Shown: positions 38,138 through 51,900 of the stretch, in pieces
How positions within the stretch are numbered: the first letter of the stretch is position 1
Layout of the letters: each line of letters opens with the position of its first letter
Notes under the pieces: model-generated
Seen by the model: only the letters and a program-made list of their open reading frames with translations
Database searches by the model: none
What the model was told of the DNA's origin: nothing
Program-made: the position numbers and the translations under genes
From: Lytechinus pictus
Lineage: Eukaryota
NCBI RefSeq assembly: GCF_037042905.1
Contig: NC_087263.1
Span: forward strand, 13,084,001-13,148,000
DNA: 64,000 nucleotides
Direction: 5' to 3'

Positions 38138-41100
38138 CTGAAAATAAGGAAGACAGTGAGATATGTTACAATAAGACGATCTGATAATAATGTTATAATA
38201 ATTAAGTACAACATTAATTTAGCATGGTATAGGGTGGTGTTCATAAATCTCTTGGTAAAGATATGCACAGCTTAGGGACGTATTGTCTCGCAAAAGGAAC
38301 ATCAGTCTTGCGTGATGCCATTTGCAACTCACAGAAAGCTTGGTGAAACAGCCCCAAGGTCGCGTCCGTCTTACAAAGAGTTGCGATTCATCCGATCAAC
38401 CACAACAACTATAGAAAGCCAGCAACGTCAACATCTAAACTGCATGTTTGTTTAAAATATTTTCTAGATATGACGTACACTCATACATTCATCATTGTCT
38501 TGACAATTTGCTGTGCTTCTCTTTGTTCACAAGGGACATTGAGCTAATTTCCTGAATAAAAAACTGGGGTATTGATGGACTTCCATACAGTTGAGATTGA
38601 TTGGATCAATCGTAACGCTTTTGTGAGACGGGGCCCTGAAATACAATACAGGGTGATCTGATACAGAGTATTCCAGAGCCCAGAAACAATGCTTTAATAG
38701 CGATTGATCGTACAATTTGTATGCTTTAATAATAATAATAATACATAACATTTAAAAGAAGCTTACTACAGGTGTTTCTAAGCACACTGTGTTCTGTTTA
38801 AGGTTTATACTTGGGATTAAAAGAAAAGAAATGAAAAAAAAATATGGAAGGGGAAAATGACACAGCTAATGCAACTAATACTAATAATCAAAACTGGTGT
38901 GCACCTCCTATTCACCGACCCACAACTGTGAATCATCTATTAAACAGGTAGGTTTTGAGTAGGGTTTTGAACTGATTCACAGACTTGGCATTATGAATGT
39001 AAGATGGTAGCTTATTCCAAGGGGAAGGGGCAATTGAAGAAAAACACGTGAATGCATGTAATTTTGCTTTTTATTTTCTTTTTTGTTTTTAGTCTATTCT
39101 CTCTTCGTTTGTTTCCTTCTCCTTTTTTGTGTAATATGTATTACAGACATTTATTCCATTTCACATCATATCGTGTACTATAATCACTTTTTAATACTAG
39201 TATATTTCTCCTAATGAGCGCCTAATTTTCAATACGCTTTGCTTTCTATTCAGGCTTTTTTACATTCCGTATCTGATATATACCTAATTATTCTTAAAAT
39301 GCTTTTTTTTATTATGCAATTTTTTATGTATACATAAACACACAGTATGTAGCCTGATGTAAAAGTTTAAGGCGGACAGTCAACCTGCCCAAAACGTTGA
39401 GTAACCTCTCTTCAATTCATCCTGCTTCTACTCAAACCATCGCTACTCTAGCCATATTCAGCTCATCTCATCTGGTTTACAGTCCTTTCCATGACTTCAC
39501 TCACTTTCAAGAAAAGAATACTTCTAATTTCCTCTTTTCATCTTTTCTCGTCTTTCCATTTCAATCTTTCTGCCTGTATTTCCTTCCCTTTTTCACATTA
39601 CACATGGTGAACCGTAAACCTTCTCCACATTAAATTCAACTCAATTCAACTAATGAAGAGCTTTATGAAATGACCACACCTGGGGCCCGTAACACAAAGC
39701 TAATAGCAATCATCTTAGAATATCTTTTTACAATTGATTGCATTGACTATGTGAGTGTACAGTTAATCGTGAAAATCAAGCGCAAGATCAATTGCTAATC
39801 TGCGTTTGATGGGACCTTGGTTGACCTAAAACATAATGGCAAAATACCCGTATTCTTAAGTCAGGTTTAACTTAGACCATGGTCTACCTCTGTGCTAAAG
39901 TATGGGGAGCCAAAATCTTGAAAATTCTGCTTATAATGTGTATTTCTTATATTTACTATTTTGTTTCCCTTTACTTTCATAATGAAGAACATATTTCAGT
40001 TATCATTCTGAGACAGTTATAAATGATTCGAGTGTCATTAAAGTTAATAAATTAAGCATGTACTAATAGAGATTTGTGCCCCAATTGGCTCTCCATAGTT
40101 TAACTACAACTTTAAACCAGGGTTAACTTTAAACCCGAGTTCCATGACGAAAACCTTTCATTTGAAAACACTATACCCCAGATTCCCTCAATCAATTCTC
40201 TTCTCCAAGTACGACAAACCATAACTGCCCCAAGCAAGCAATTTAAGTATCAAAACACCTGTTTCTGGTCCGAAGATAACACAACAGCCCGAGCAAAGCA
40301 TGCCGTCATTTTAATTCACTTACTTTCCTTATTTCGAGGTCGATTTTCTTCGTTCGAACTTGAAAATGGACTAACATTGGATTTCTGAATACAATATGCA
40401 TTTGAAAACGTGATTAAATATCGAATACAATAATTTCATTCCGAAGGTCCTACTACAGGCAGAGAAGTCTTACGTAATAGCACAGCTGTTGTTTATCATT
40501 TCGTCCTTGGCTCAACGCTCATAATCTGGCCTGTGGAGGTAAAATTGAGACAGCGGGGATTACCTGGCCTAGCGGGATTGATCAGGCGGGTGTTTCATAA
40601 AGCTGTTCGTAAATAAAAAGCGACTGGTGATCCTGTCTTGCGGTAAATGGTACACACCATTGGCGAAGATCTAGCGCGCGAGAAAGGATCACCAGTCGTT
40701 CTTAAAGTCGCTCTTAACTTACGAGCAGCTTTATGAAACGGCCCCCTGGGCTTGGAAATGATTTTGGGATTTACAAACGCAAAATGGGGTATAGAACCGC
40801 AGTTTGCAATCTGAACTGCGGTCTTTCTCCAAACGGGGGTTTGACGTAATGAGAATACGGACCCCTGTATCACATCAATGGGTGATTTCAAGTCCGGTGT
40901 TGGCCTTGGTGTTGAAATTTGGATTGCTTAACTTAGCTCCAAAGCTTATTCAGAGTTGTAAAACAGGAGAGCGTTTCATCAACATTTTTGTCTGACAAGT
41001 TTTCAGATCTGACATCTTTCCTTGATTTTGATTGGCTAAGACGCACTGTTACTATGGTAACTGTCTGATAAAACAAGACTTGTCGGATGAAACGTCTGAC

Positions 41101-41288
41101 AAGTCCTTTCATGAAACGCTCCCCTGATCCAGATCACATTATGGACATCTCAATAACTAGTAAGTGACTTTTCGGGACCATTTTCGTTTTGTGTTTGGTG
41201 TTATAATCGTGTAAAATTGACCTAACACCAACACCAAAAGGTCAACGCTGAACATGAAATCACCCATTGTTACTTCTCAAAATCTCAC

Positions 41289-41427
41289 CTTCATAACAAA
41301 CAGTTTTGACATGGGGAACCTAGGAAAGGCCATCATATCTTGAAAAGAGAGTTCCGTCGGAAAAGCAGCAAAAACCAGGACGATTGCATCGTTCACCCGG
41401 TCAACGATTGGACTTGGATTGTTTATT
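41289..41427 (-). CDS. Sialidase coding exon 5
   Basis: cag/gtgaga bounded, phase 2-0. INNPSPIVDRVNDAIVLVF matches the sialidase NP.P..D motif. Confidence 0.9.
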
Positions 41428-42064
41428 CTGTTCATATAAAAGAAAATAGCAATCATGAAATACAACATAATTCAAATATAAAAAACTAAAGTATCATTGA
41501 ACATTGCAATATTACAAATGCGTAATAGTGATTGAATGAATTTTTTTACCCATGAGAATTTAAATATGGAATATTTCTTGCCGTTCAAATCTATGCCCCC
41601 TCACGGTGATGTTTATTTTCATTTATTTAAAATTGCTGTTTGAGCACTTACTTTACTCATTTATGTGATGATAAATCAATAAATCTATCTTTAATATAAA
41701 ATACAATTTTAGTTTATATCCTTCACGGCATAACTGTTTGGGGGAACATAATCTTGTAACGAAGGGAAATAGTGACATGCTCTTTTGGGGGATTTACCAA
41801 AACTAAAGACAGGCTTTCACACTAATAATGGATGGATAGATGGATGGATGGATGGATAGATAAATAAAATAAACAAATAAATTTTATAAATCAAAAAAAT
41901 AAAATGTAAAGAAAAAATTAATCAAAATAAATTAATGAATGAGAGAATGAATGAATGAATTAATCAATCAATCAATCAATCTATCAATCAATCAAAAATA
42001 CACACATGAATCAATCAATCAAAAATACATACATGAACGTAATAATAAACAAATCTACATGTAC

Positions 42065-42235
42065 CTGAAAGTTGGCAGATTAACTAGGAGCTTAATCTGC
42101 CCCCAGCTAATCTCTCGGCCCTGGACAAGCCCCCTCCTAACCACCATCATGATATTCCCGTAGTCCTTGAGGCCATCGAATCTGGCCTCGCTGAAGGCTA
42201 AGAAGGTCTGCTTGTGGTAGACCAGAGCTGGGATC
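42065..42235 (-). CDS. Sialidase coding exon 4
   Basis: tag/gt bounded, phase 2-2. (R)IPALVY...FLAFSEARFDGLKDYG...VVRRG...ISWG. Confidence 0.93.
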
Positions 42236-42519
42236 CTATATACGAGAATGAAATACGGGCTGGAACTAAGAATTCAAAGGGGCAAGGAAAGGGTACGCAG
42301 GGATCACTTAAGAATTGTTGAGGCTGTGTTCAACTCATTGCACTCAGTCTAACGGCCTCATGCAATGGATTGAACAGAGCCTTAACTCAAGTGAGGATAG
42401 ATCGCATAACTAACTTATGTGCATGCATCATTTGTATATCATAAATACTTACTTTAAAGACTTTAGGTTACCACTGATAATATATTACAAACACGTTTTT
42501 GAAAGACTAGGTTTTCATA

Positions 42520-42970
42520 GAAGTTATGTTACAAATACTTGGTTGAAAGGCTTTTGATTGGAATTAAAATTATGTGACGAACTTGTATGAAAAGCTCCCG
42601 ATTGCCGTTGATGTTACACACAGTTGTTTGAAAGGCTCTCGATTCTCAATATGTTACTACAAACACTTGTCTGAAAGCTCTGGATGTTACAAACACTAGT
42701 CTGAAGGACACTCACCTGCCATTGATAAAATGTTATAGGCACTTGAGGTTCATTCTCATTGAAATTGTTACAAACACTTGTCTGAAATGGTCCTTTAAGC
42801 GCTCATAAAATGTTATAGCACTTAGGTTCATTCTCATTGAAATTATGTTACAAACACTTGTCTGAAATGGTCCTTTAAGCGCTCATAACATGTTATAGGC
42901 ACTTAAGGTTCATTCTCATTGAAATTATGTTACAAACACTTGTCTGCAAAGGTCCTTTAAATGCTCATCA
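42520..42970. repeat. Intronic tandem repeat (three ~78-bp units preceded by degenerate copies)
   Basis: ggttcattctcattgaaattatgttacaaacacttgtctgaaatggtcctttaagcgctcat repeated. Confidence 0.8.
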
Positions 42971-42981
42971 CAGGGCCTTAC

Positions 42982-43036
42982 CTTGGTTTAAAGAGTGGTA
43001 GACCAGATGACCTGATGGCCTCAACATCAAAGAGAG
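42982..43036 (-). CDS. Sialidase coding exon 3
   Basis: ctttactttcag acceptor and gtaag donor, phase 1-2. LFDVEAIRSSGLPLFKP(R) joins in frame to IPAL. Confidence 0.8.
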
Positions 43037-43273
43037 CTGAAAGTAAAGACGTTTTGAAATGACATATAATGAAATGTGAAATGGAAATGACTGCCTATTT
43101 GATGTCCCTTTTATATGAGACACACATCTCTTCCTCTGGTTCCATGACATTTGCTCCGGCAACAATTACTCCAGGGTAGATTCCAAATACTAATGGAATG
43201 GCCAAGTTCATCCCAAAAACACTACACTCTTTCCGAAACCTAACATAAAACCCTGTTGCAACCTTAACCCTAA

Positions 43274-43437
43274 TACCTTGGTCACATTTGTTCTACGGCG
43301 GCCGTACGGCGAGTCGAAAACAGCCGTTTTAACATTTTTTTGGTACCAGCTACATATAGGTGGTTTGAATAAAAATGAATAAAACGACTGTTTTCGACTC
43401 GCCGTACGGCCGCCGTAGAACAAATGTGACCAAGGTA
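43274..43437. mobile_element. Palindromic MITE with TAA TSD (PIF/Harbinger-like); copies at 58056..58891 and 59548..59708
   Basis: taccttggtcacatttgttctacggcggccgtacggcgagtcgaaaacag TIR (~50 bp), TAA on both flanks. Confidence 0.85.
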
Positions 43438-43523
43438 TAACTCAACATCTTAGACAAAATAAAGCCCGGAGCAATTTGTCGTTGGAGCAAATGTTGCGTC
43501 ACCCTCCGTCGCCCCCCCCCCCC

Positions 43524-43563
<40 letters not shown>

Positions 43564-43868
43564 GTAGATTAAAAGTTATGGACATGAAACAGCTCCTGCT
43601 TTATTTTCTCCATCATCTCGTCAATATTTTTGCTTCACCTTCTTCTTTGGACATAAAGGGAGGGAGTGTGCTGATGTTGTTGGCAAAGAGACAGAAGGTA
43701 CTTTTTATTTTTTACTTTGCTTTATATATTTCATTAGGACATTCTGCATGGCAGTTTTGGTGTTATTGGTTTCAATGGTTGACAATCAATATGGTCCCCC
43801 CCCCCCCCACACACACACACAATTATGAACAAAATTGTGGTCTGGAATCAAACTTCCATGTTGCTTAC

Positions 43869-44003
43869 ATTCAACATCTCTAGGCCAGGGTGGAGCTGAA
43901 GGCAAAGAAGACTGGGCTAACAGTTTCTGAAGTAAAGGCTTCTCAGGTCTGATCTGAGGACCAAGAGATGAGTTCAGGTTACCATTCAGAACTGCACATG
44001 TCT
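43869..44003 (-). CDS. Sialidase coding exon 2 (stem region)
   Basis: Polypyrimidine-tag acceptor and gtaag donor, phase 1-1. Open frame ETCAVLNGNL...SAPPWPRDVE. Confidence 0.78.
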
Positions 44004-44134
44004 CTAAGATTGATAAGAATAGGAAAAGATTAAAATCTTAAGCTGGTTAATGATTTATAAACATCATACAATATACACACAACACAAAGTTTTATTGCAA
44101 ACATATGAATCCTATCTTACAGTTACATCTTCAA

Positions 44135-44570
44135 GGTAAATTGCCAATTTGTCTATTGCTATTAACTCGTCCACTCATCACATGGTCTATCTGCATTTAG
44201 TCTAATGCCATTCTGTCCATCAACATCTCGTCTAACAACCATCTGGTCCAATAACCATTTTGTCCACTAATCACTTTATCTAATCACCAGTTCGTCTAGG
44301 AACATTTTGTCACATAACCAGTTTGTCACATAACCAGTTGGTCTTATACCCATTTCCTTTTCATTCATTTCGCCCAATTAACACTTAGACCATTAGGCCA
44401 AATGGTATATGGACTACATGGCCATTGGACCAACTGGTTATTAGACGAAATGGTGGGTGGACAAAATGGCAATTAGATCCTGTGGATAGTGGACGAACTG
44501 ATGCTAGACCAAACTATATTAGACAAGCTGGTAATTGGACAAATTCGCATTTAGACCAATTGAAAATAAA
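44135..44570. mobile_element. Foldback-like element of ~20-bp gtctaat/ttagac modules (relative at ~24215..24600)
   Basis: The left half repeats gtcta/gtcca modules and the right half repeats their reverse complement (tagac/tggac). Confidence 0.55.
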
Positions 44571-46370
44571 CTCATGTCCATGTAGCATTCAGTTGAGTCT
44601 ATCAACAGTTTGCTGGCATACATGTACGATGTAAAATGTAAATGACTAAAGAGTATGTGGATAACAAAACGGTGATACATTTGAAGAGCTCACTTGCAAA
44701 AGGGGTTAGGTCCATTTTTCATCAAATTTGATTTTTTTTTGTCTCAATGTATAGATTTTTAGTAGCTCTATATGATACACTGTACCAAAGAAAAGTTGAG
44801 ATTCCTACTAAAAAGTGAACTAAAATGGCAAAGAAAAATCCCTTTTTTTTCAAAAAGGGTTAGGTCCATTTCAGTTTAGTTGCAAAAGGGGTTAGGTCCA
44901 CACAAAATATTTTTTAAAATATGAAGACATGTAGATGGACATATCCATCCAAACAATAATGCTAATTGCTAATTGTTTATATGTATAATGTAAATACATG
45001 TACACGTTCTTGCATTAACATTAATTCTCGGATATTTTATTCCCAAAGCAAAATTGTCCCTGGAGCTACATGCAGTTTGTACGTCTATGTTTTTCTACTA
45101 TTAACCTTTTTTTTCTGGCAATACAGTAGTGTTTCGCATTAAAATCAAATGTGCTCATTTTAGGCCTTTATCTCCGCTACTCTACATTGCATGACCAGGC
45201 TTTACACTTTCCATCCAATCTTATATTACTCGAAGCCTGTAATATATCAATGTAATTTATTATTGTAGAGTGTATTACGTTCATCCACATTCTCCACTGG
45301 CTATCCATTCCTGCATTATTAAGCATGAACAATCTCTGTACAAAAAAAAAATAAATCCCTATACTATTTTCAATCTGGCACTCAAGAAAACGGTTGGATG
45401 TTTCAAAATTAAAGTGCTTTTGCTCTTCTACATTATGTTTGAAAAATAATTTATTTAACCATGTCTATTTTGGTTAGGTTCTTTTATACTGTATATGCAT
45501 TTCTTAATAAAAAAAATCCTCAACCTGTTTAAGACATAAAAGAAACAATAGGATGTTCACATCCATTGGCATCACAAGTAAGTTATTATTGTGTCCGCAC
45601 TCAACCACTCAAGCGTTTACTGCGTGTCGTAAATCCAGACTTTGTTGCACGCAGCTATATACGGTCTATCGTTTGTCTGTCTTGTAAAAGTTTGAATCAT
45701 TCTTCGAACTTAAACGTGACTCTCGTTAATCATGTTAAATGCAGAGTCCTCTTTTTTTGTATATATACATATCACGACATGTATTCGTTCTAGACTATAT
45801 TGATCGATCTTTGCATACTTCTATCGATCACACAGGTATAAATCCGACATTATATTAAGTTTGCTATCATTACTATTTAGTTATCCTCATTTGATATGAC
45901 CTTTTAAAAATATATGTAACGCTTCAGGAGAGACGGATACAGAATGAATATCTGTTGTCCTTTTATTTCCTTTATTTTGCTTTCATACGTTCTGTTTATA
46001 TTTTTGTTTGTTTACTTACCTATATATATACATATACTAGTATATATATATTCTCAATTACTCTTAGCACTTCACCAAGGAAGTTTATTTTGTTTTTGTT
46101 TCAGTATTTACATTTTCTCTATAGTTTCAACACCACCCCTTCATACTTTGCACTGCACAAGGTCATTACATTTTATATTAGTTTTCATTCTCCCTGTTTT
46201 TTTCTTTCTTATATTACTTCTTCTATTTTACTTTTTCTCTTCTTAATACCCTTTCGTCAACACACACTTATTATTTTTTTCTTTCTTTTTTTCACACATA
46301 CTCAGGAACAGGTATACAGCATAGTGCATTGTTTCACTGAGGTTTACCACAAACCCACTCTCCTCTGCTA

Positions 46371-49236
46371 ATGATGGATTTTACTAGGTTTCCATTTAGT
46401 TCTTTAAACAACGACGACTTGTTGTCTCTCTCGGCGCAACATGGCGCTACTCACACATTAGATAATCATAATTCCAATTACGATACACACATACGAAATT
46501 TTATGGACAATAATACAACCAATCTTAATTACAACTTTGATGCAAATGATCAATTTGGACAGCTCTCTACATCACATTATTTCACAGAACAACATTTCAA
46601 ATCATCTATTACATCAGACAACACAAGCGAAAGTTTTTATCTTCTCCATTTAAATATTCGAAGTGCCGGTAAAAATTTTGATAAACTTAAATTATTCCTA
46701 GATAACAACCGGTTTCCGAAATCTTCATTTATTGGTTTAACTGAAACATGGTTCTCTGATAATCCATGTTCCCTCTTCACACTCCCTGATTTTGATTTAA
46801 TTGTTAATAATAGAACGCAAAGACCTGGAGGTGGTGTCGCTCTGTACATACCACAACAATACGATTATACTCCTATAGCTAATATAACCATATCAAACGA
46901 CGTTTTAGAAACCCTGTTTGTTGAAGTCACAAACCCCAAAGGCAAAAACTTAATACTGGGTGTATTTTATAGACCTCCTCAATCAAATACCAACGCATTT
47001 TTAGAATCTCTCAATGAAATTTTATTAAATCCTGTTTTGAAAAATAAAGATTGTTTCTTCATGGGTGACTTCAATATCAACTTAGTAAATTGCAATTCTA
47101 ACAGTACCTCTCAGGAGTTTCTTGAAATGTTTCTTTCCTATTCTTTTTTACCACTTATCACTAAACCGACAAGAGTTACAAATAACTCGGCCACTTTAAT
47201 TGACAACATTTTTAGCAATATATCTCAACAAATCCCCAAAGCCGGCATTATCATTAGTGACATCACTGATCACTTTCCCATTTTTGCTAGGTTATCTACA
47301 AATAAAGCTACAATGAAAGAAACATTCAATACTCCATTTAGAAAAATAACTGATGACAATATAAACAATCTAATTAATGACTTAAATACAACAGACTGGT
47401 CGAGTGTTTTTGAATCCACAGACGTTGATGACGCATACAACTTCTTCATTTCCAAGTTAACATATTCTCTAGATACTCACGTTCCTTTTACTATCAACAG
47501 AAAATCAAATTATAAAAAGGTCCCACTCCACCCTTGAATTACTAAATCACTTTTGAGATCAATCAACCGAAAGAACAATTTATACTATAAATACATATCC
47601 AAACTAAGCGACAAATCCCGTTCTAAATATACATCATATAAAAACACACTTACTTCTTTACTTCGTATTGCCAAAAAAGAATATTATACCTCCCAACTTG
47701 ATTTGCACAAAAATGATATGAGAAATACTTGGAAAATTATAAATGGTGCGTTAAACAAAAAGAAAAAAAGTTCCACTATATCAAAAATAAAAACACACAA
47801 TACAATCATCGATGACAACAACTTAATAGCAAATGAGTTTAATTCATATTTTTCCAATATTGGCAACAATCTGGCAAGCAAAATCCCATTAACACATAAA
47901 TCATTTAACAGTTTTCTTGACAACCCAAACCCTAACTCTATATTTTTTAATCCTACCAACACAGGAGAAATTATTAATATTTTTAACAATCTGCACTCTA
48001 AGAAGAGCCCAGGTTTCGATAGCATTCCTAACTTCCTACTCAAGAAAATTATTTTAACTATCGTCGATCCTTTGGTGCACATATTAAATATTTCTATGAA
48101 CACAGGGAAAGTACCTAATCTCATGAAAATAGCCAAAGTCATCCCTCTTTACAAAAAAGGCGACAATCAACTTGTTTCTAACTACCGCCCTATATCATTA
48201 CTCACCTCATTATCTAAAATTCTCGAAAAACTTATACATACACGTACAAGTACTTTTTTTGATAAGCATAATATCTTTTCTAACTCACAATTTGGGTTTC
48301 GCGAAAATCATAGTACTTCACATGCAATTCTGTCTTTTATTGATAAAATCACTACTTCCATAGATAAAGGTTTTCATACTGTTGGTATTTTCCTGGACTT
48401 CTCCAAGGCCTTCGATACCATTAACCACGAAATACTTCTTTATAAACTTTCTTTTTATGGTATTAGGGGGAAGGCCTTGGAGTGGTTCAGGAGTTACCTA
48501 ACAGATAGGTCTCAATTCGTATCAGTTAACAACGCTACTTCTTCTACTCTTCCTATCACTTGCGGAGTACCTCAGGGTAGCTTACTTGGCCCTCTTCTTT
48601 TTATTACTTACATCAATGACATCAAAAAAAGTTCAAATTTACTAACATTCATACTGTTTGCAGACGACTCGAATATTTTCTTTTCTCATGATAACGCAAA
48701 TCAACTTGTAAGAATTGTAAACTCTGAACTCATACATGTAACTGACTGGATTAAGGCGAATAAACTATCACTTAACCTACAAAAGACAAATTATATGCTT
48801 TTTAGTAACAAAACACATACATTACCTTACAATCTCATTTTTGATAACACCGTTCTTGAAAATGTATCACAAACCAGATTCTTGGGTGTTACTATTGACA
48901 ATAAGCTATCATGGAAACCACACATTGATAATATATGCAAAACAATTTCAAGAAACATCGGAATTATTAACAAACTCAAATATTTTCTTCCATCTCACAC
49001 TTTACTTACATTATATCATACATTAATATTACCATACATTAATTATGGCATTTTGGCATGGGGTTGTGCAATTCAAACACAATTACAAAGGATACTGTTG
49101 TTGCAGAAGAAGGCCCTTAGAATAATTTTTCAAACTCATTTCAGATCACACACTGATGTCCTTTTTTTCCAAAATAATATTCTTAAAGTGAATGATTTAT
49201 ATCTTTTCCAACTCGCCCAATTTATGTATAAACTAA
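46371..49236 (+). pseudogene. LINE ORF2 (APE endonuclease + RT), 5' part
   Basis: HLNIRS, GLTETW, GGGVALY, YRPP, MGDFN, TLIDNIF, TDHFPI; then NYRPISLL, LDFSKAFDT, GVPQGSLLGPLLF, FADD. A single in-frame TGA at 47535 replaces the usual W of PWIT. Confidence 0.93.
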
Positions 49237-49699
49237 GGCGAGGCGTCAAAACCCCAAATGCGTTCCAACGCGTGCATAGCCATTGTTCCATAATGAGAGT
49301 GTGCAAAGGAGTTCCAAGAGATTAGTACGAAGTACCGTTATATTCTACATTAAAGCTAATTTGCATAATCCGTACACGCTGGGGAACGGGGCAATTATTA
49401 TCTCGATCGCTATTGGCTAATCCGCCGGAGCGTCGCACGAGAATACACTGAATAGTGCAGGTTCACATATACACACACACACAGCGCGCCAGCGTACACT
49501 TCACATAAAATGAGGTCAGTGTTCGGCGTGCACGTCGGATCAACATTTGCAGCGAAGCTTTGCAGCGAATGCAGCGCGTGAGGTGCGGGCGGATCTACGA
49601 GAGGGGGGAATAGGGGATGCCTGGGGCTAGCTTCCTGTACAAAGTACCAATTAAAAAAAAAAAATCCGTGTTTACGAGAGTCGCGCAAGCAAAACGGTG

Positions 49700-51195
49700 G
49701 CGGATTAGGACATGCTTTTAAATTGTTTTGAGGGGCGAACGAGTGAAAATATATTTTGTATACCTTTCGTTATGAACCCCCGTTCTCCATGACGAAATGT
49801 AATTGACGAAAGGAAAGTAAAACAAAATAGAAGTCACAAACATCTCAGAATAGTTTGCGATCTATCAGGACATGTTTTAAAATTGATTTTAGGTGTCAAC
49901 AAGTTAAAATATATTTGATATACCTTTCGTTATGATCCCTTGTTCTCCGTTAAGAAATATTAAATACGTCTTTTCTCGACGATGTTGGAAACGTAAATAA
50001 AACAGAATAGAAGTCACAAACATCTCAGATGGGTGTGCGATCTATCACAACATGTTTTAAAGCTGTTTTTAGGGGTCAACAAGTTCAAATAGATTTGATA
50101 TACCTTCCGTTATGATCCCCTGTTCTCCGTAAAGAAATATTAAAGATGCATTTTCTCGAAAAAGTTGGAAACGTCGATAAAACAAAATAGAAGTTGGTAG
50201 CATCTCATATTTATTGGTGATACATATTTTTCGAGGGGTCAACAAGTTAAAATATATTTGATATACCTTTCGTTTTGATCCCTTGTTGTCCGTTAAAAAT
50301 ATTAAATACGTCTTTTCTCGACGATGTTGGAAACGTAAATAAAACAATAGAAGTCACAAACATCTCAGATGGGTGTGCGATCTATCAGGACATGTTTTAA
50401 AATTATTTTAGGTGTCAACAAGTTAAATTATATTTGATATACCTTTCGTTGTGATCCCTTGTTCTCCGTTAAGAAATATTAAATACGTCTTTTCTCGACG
50501 ATGTTGGAAACGTAGATAAAACAAAATAGAAGTCACAAACATCTCAGATGGGTGTGCGATCTATCAGGACATGTTTTAAAATTGTTTTTAGGTGTCAACA
50601 AGTTAAAATAGATTTGATATACCTTTCGTTATGATCCCTTGTTCTCCGTTAAGAAATATTAAATACGTCTTTTCTCGACGATGTTGGAAACGTAAATAAA
50701 CAGAATAGAAGTCACAAACATCTCAAATTGGTGCGCGATCTATCAGGACATGTTTTAAAATTGTTTTTATGTGTCAACAAGTTAAATTATATTTGATATA
50801 CCTTTCGTTGTGATCCCTTGTTCTCCGTTAAGAGATATTAAATGCGTCTTTTCTCGACGATGTTGGAAACGTAAATAAAACAGAATAGAAGTCAAAAACA
50901 TCTCAAATGGGTGTGCGATCTATCAGGACATGTTTTAAAATTGTTTTTAGGTGTCAACAAGTTAAAATAGATTTGATATACCTTTCGTTATGATCCCCTG
51001 TTCTCCGTTAAGAAATATTAAATACGTCTTTTCTTGACGATGTTGGAAACGTAAATAAGACAAAATAGAAGTCAGTTGGTAGCCTTTCATAATTATTTGA
51101 TATCTATCAGGACATCTTTTAAGATTGTTTGAAGGTGACAACAGGTTAAAATATATTCTATATGCATTTCGTTATGATACCTTGTTTTCCGTAAA
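49700..51195. repeat. ~180-bp tandem satellite, ~8 units
   Basis: tctatcaggacatgttttaaa recurs at 49861, 50041, 50381, 50560, 50739, 50919 and ~51102. Confidence 0.95.
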
Positions 51196-51689
51196 GCATA
51201 GGCGGTTCGGGGCGCGAGGGACTCCCCCCCCCCCCCCCCCCCCCTCTTGGACGAGCAAAAAAAGATAGAAAAAGGGAAAAGAGGGAAAAGAGAGGAGAAA
51301 AAAGAAGAGGAAGACGAGTGAATAAAATAAGATGAGGGAAAGACTTGGGGGAAAAAAATCTTTCATGTCACTCTATACAATTTTCGCTCGCGCTTCGCCC
51401 TCGCATTGCCTGTTAGGTGATTTTCATATCTTGTTCAATGAGTTTAGATATCAAGTTTGAAAGTTAATTTACAAAACACATTTCACCTCGGAAATTTAAC
51501 TTCATTATTTTGTGTGATTTACAAATTGATTTTTAAAAAGTGCTCTGTAAACATGTCAGTTTTATGGTCTGAATATTAATATTTTCTGTTCGTGCTGCGC
51601 ACTCGCGAATTTTGATTGGTACCTATTATTCTCGTGCATTCCATAAATTTTCAAAATATCCCTTTTTGGGTCTGATTGTCAAATCGTAT

Positions 51690-51900
51690 CAAGGTTATAC
51701 CGAGGTTGTTTTACCTGACTGCTAAGAAAGCACGAATGCCTGTGAGCAAGCAACCAGGGGACGAACGGCTTAAGGTCCTCTCCGAGGGACCTGGTAATGA
51801 GGATAAATGCCTTACCAAAGGGCACTAGCGCACCACTTGGGAATCGAACCCGGTTCACCGGAATCCGAAACCCCCGCTCTACCGACTGAGCTATCGCGCC
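51690..51900 (-). mobile_element. tRNA-derived SINE
   Basis: Minus strand ggcgcgatagctcagtcggtagagcg (A box) and ggttcgattccc (B box), followed by the gtgccctttggtaaggcattt SINE core. Confidence 0.85.

Noticed and set aside
45944..46371. Hydrophobic ORFs upstream of the LINE ORF2 as a possible ORF1
   Set aside because: T-rich low-complexity sequence with no ORF1 motifs.
49237..49325. C-terminus of the 590-aa RT ORF (RRGVKTPNAF...)
   Set aside because: This is read-through into the inserted transposon. The true C-terminus is at 60116..60384.
51830..51900. tRNA gene
   Set aside because: There is no proper acceptor-stem pairing, and the sequence continues into a SINE core. The same applies to the heads at ~21534 and ~29963.
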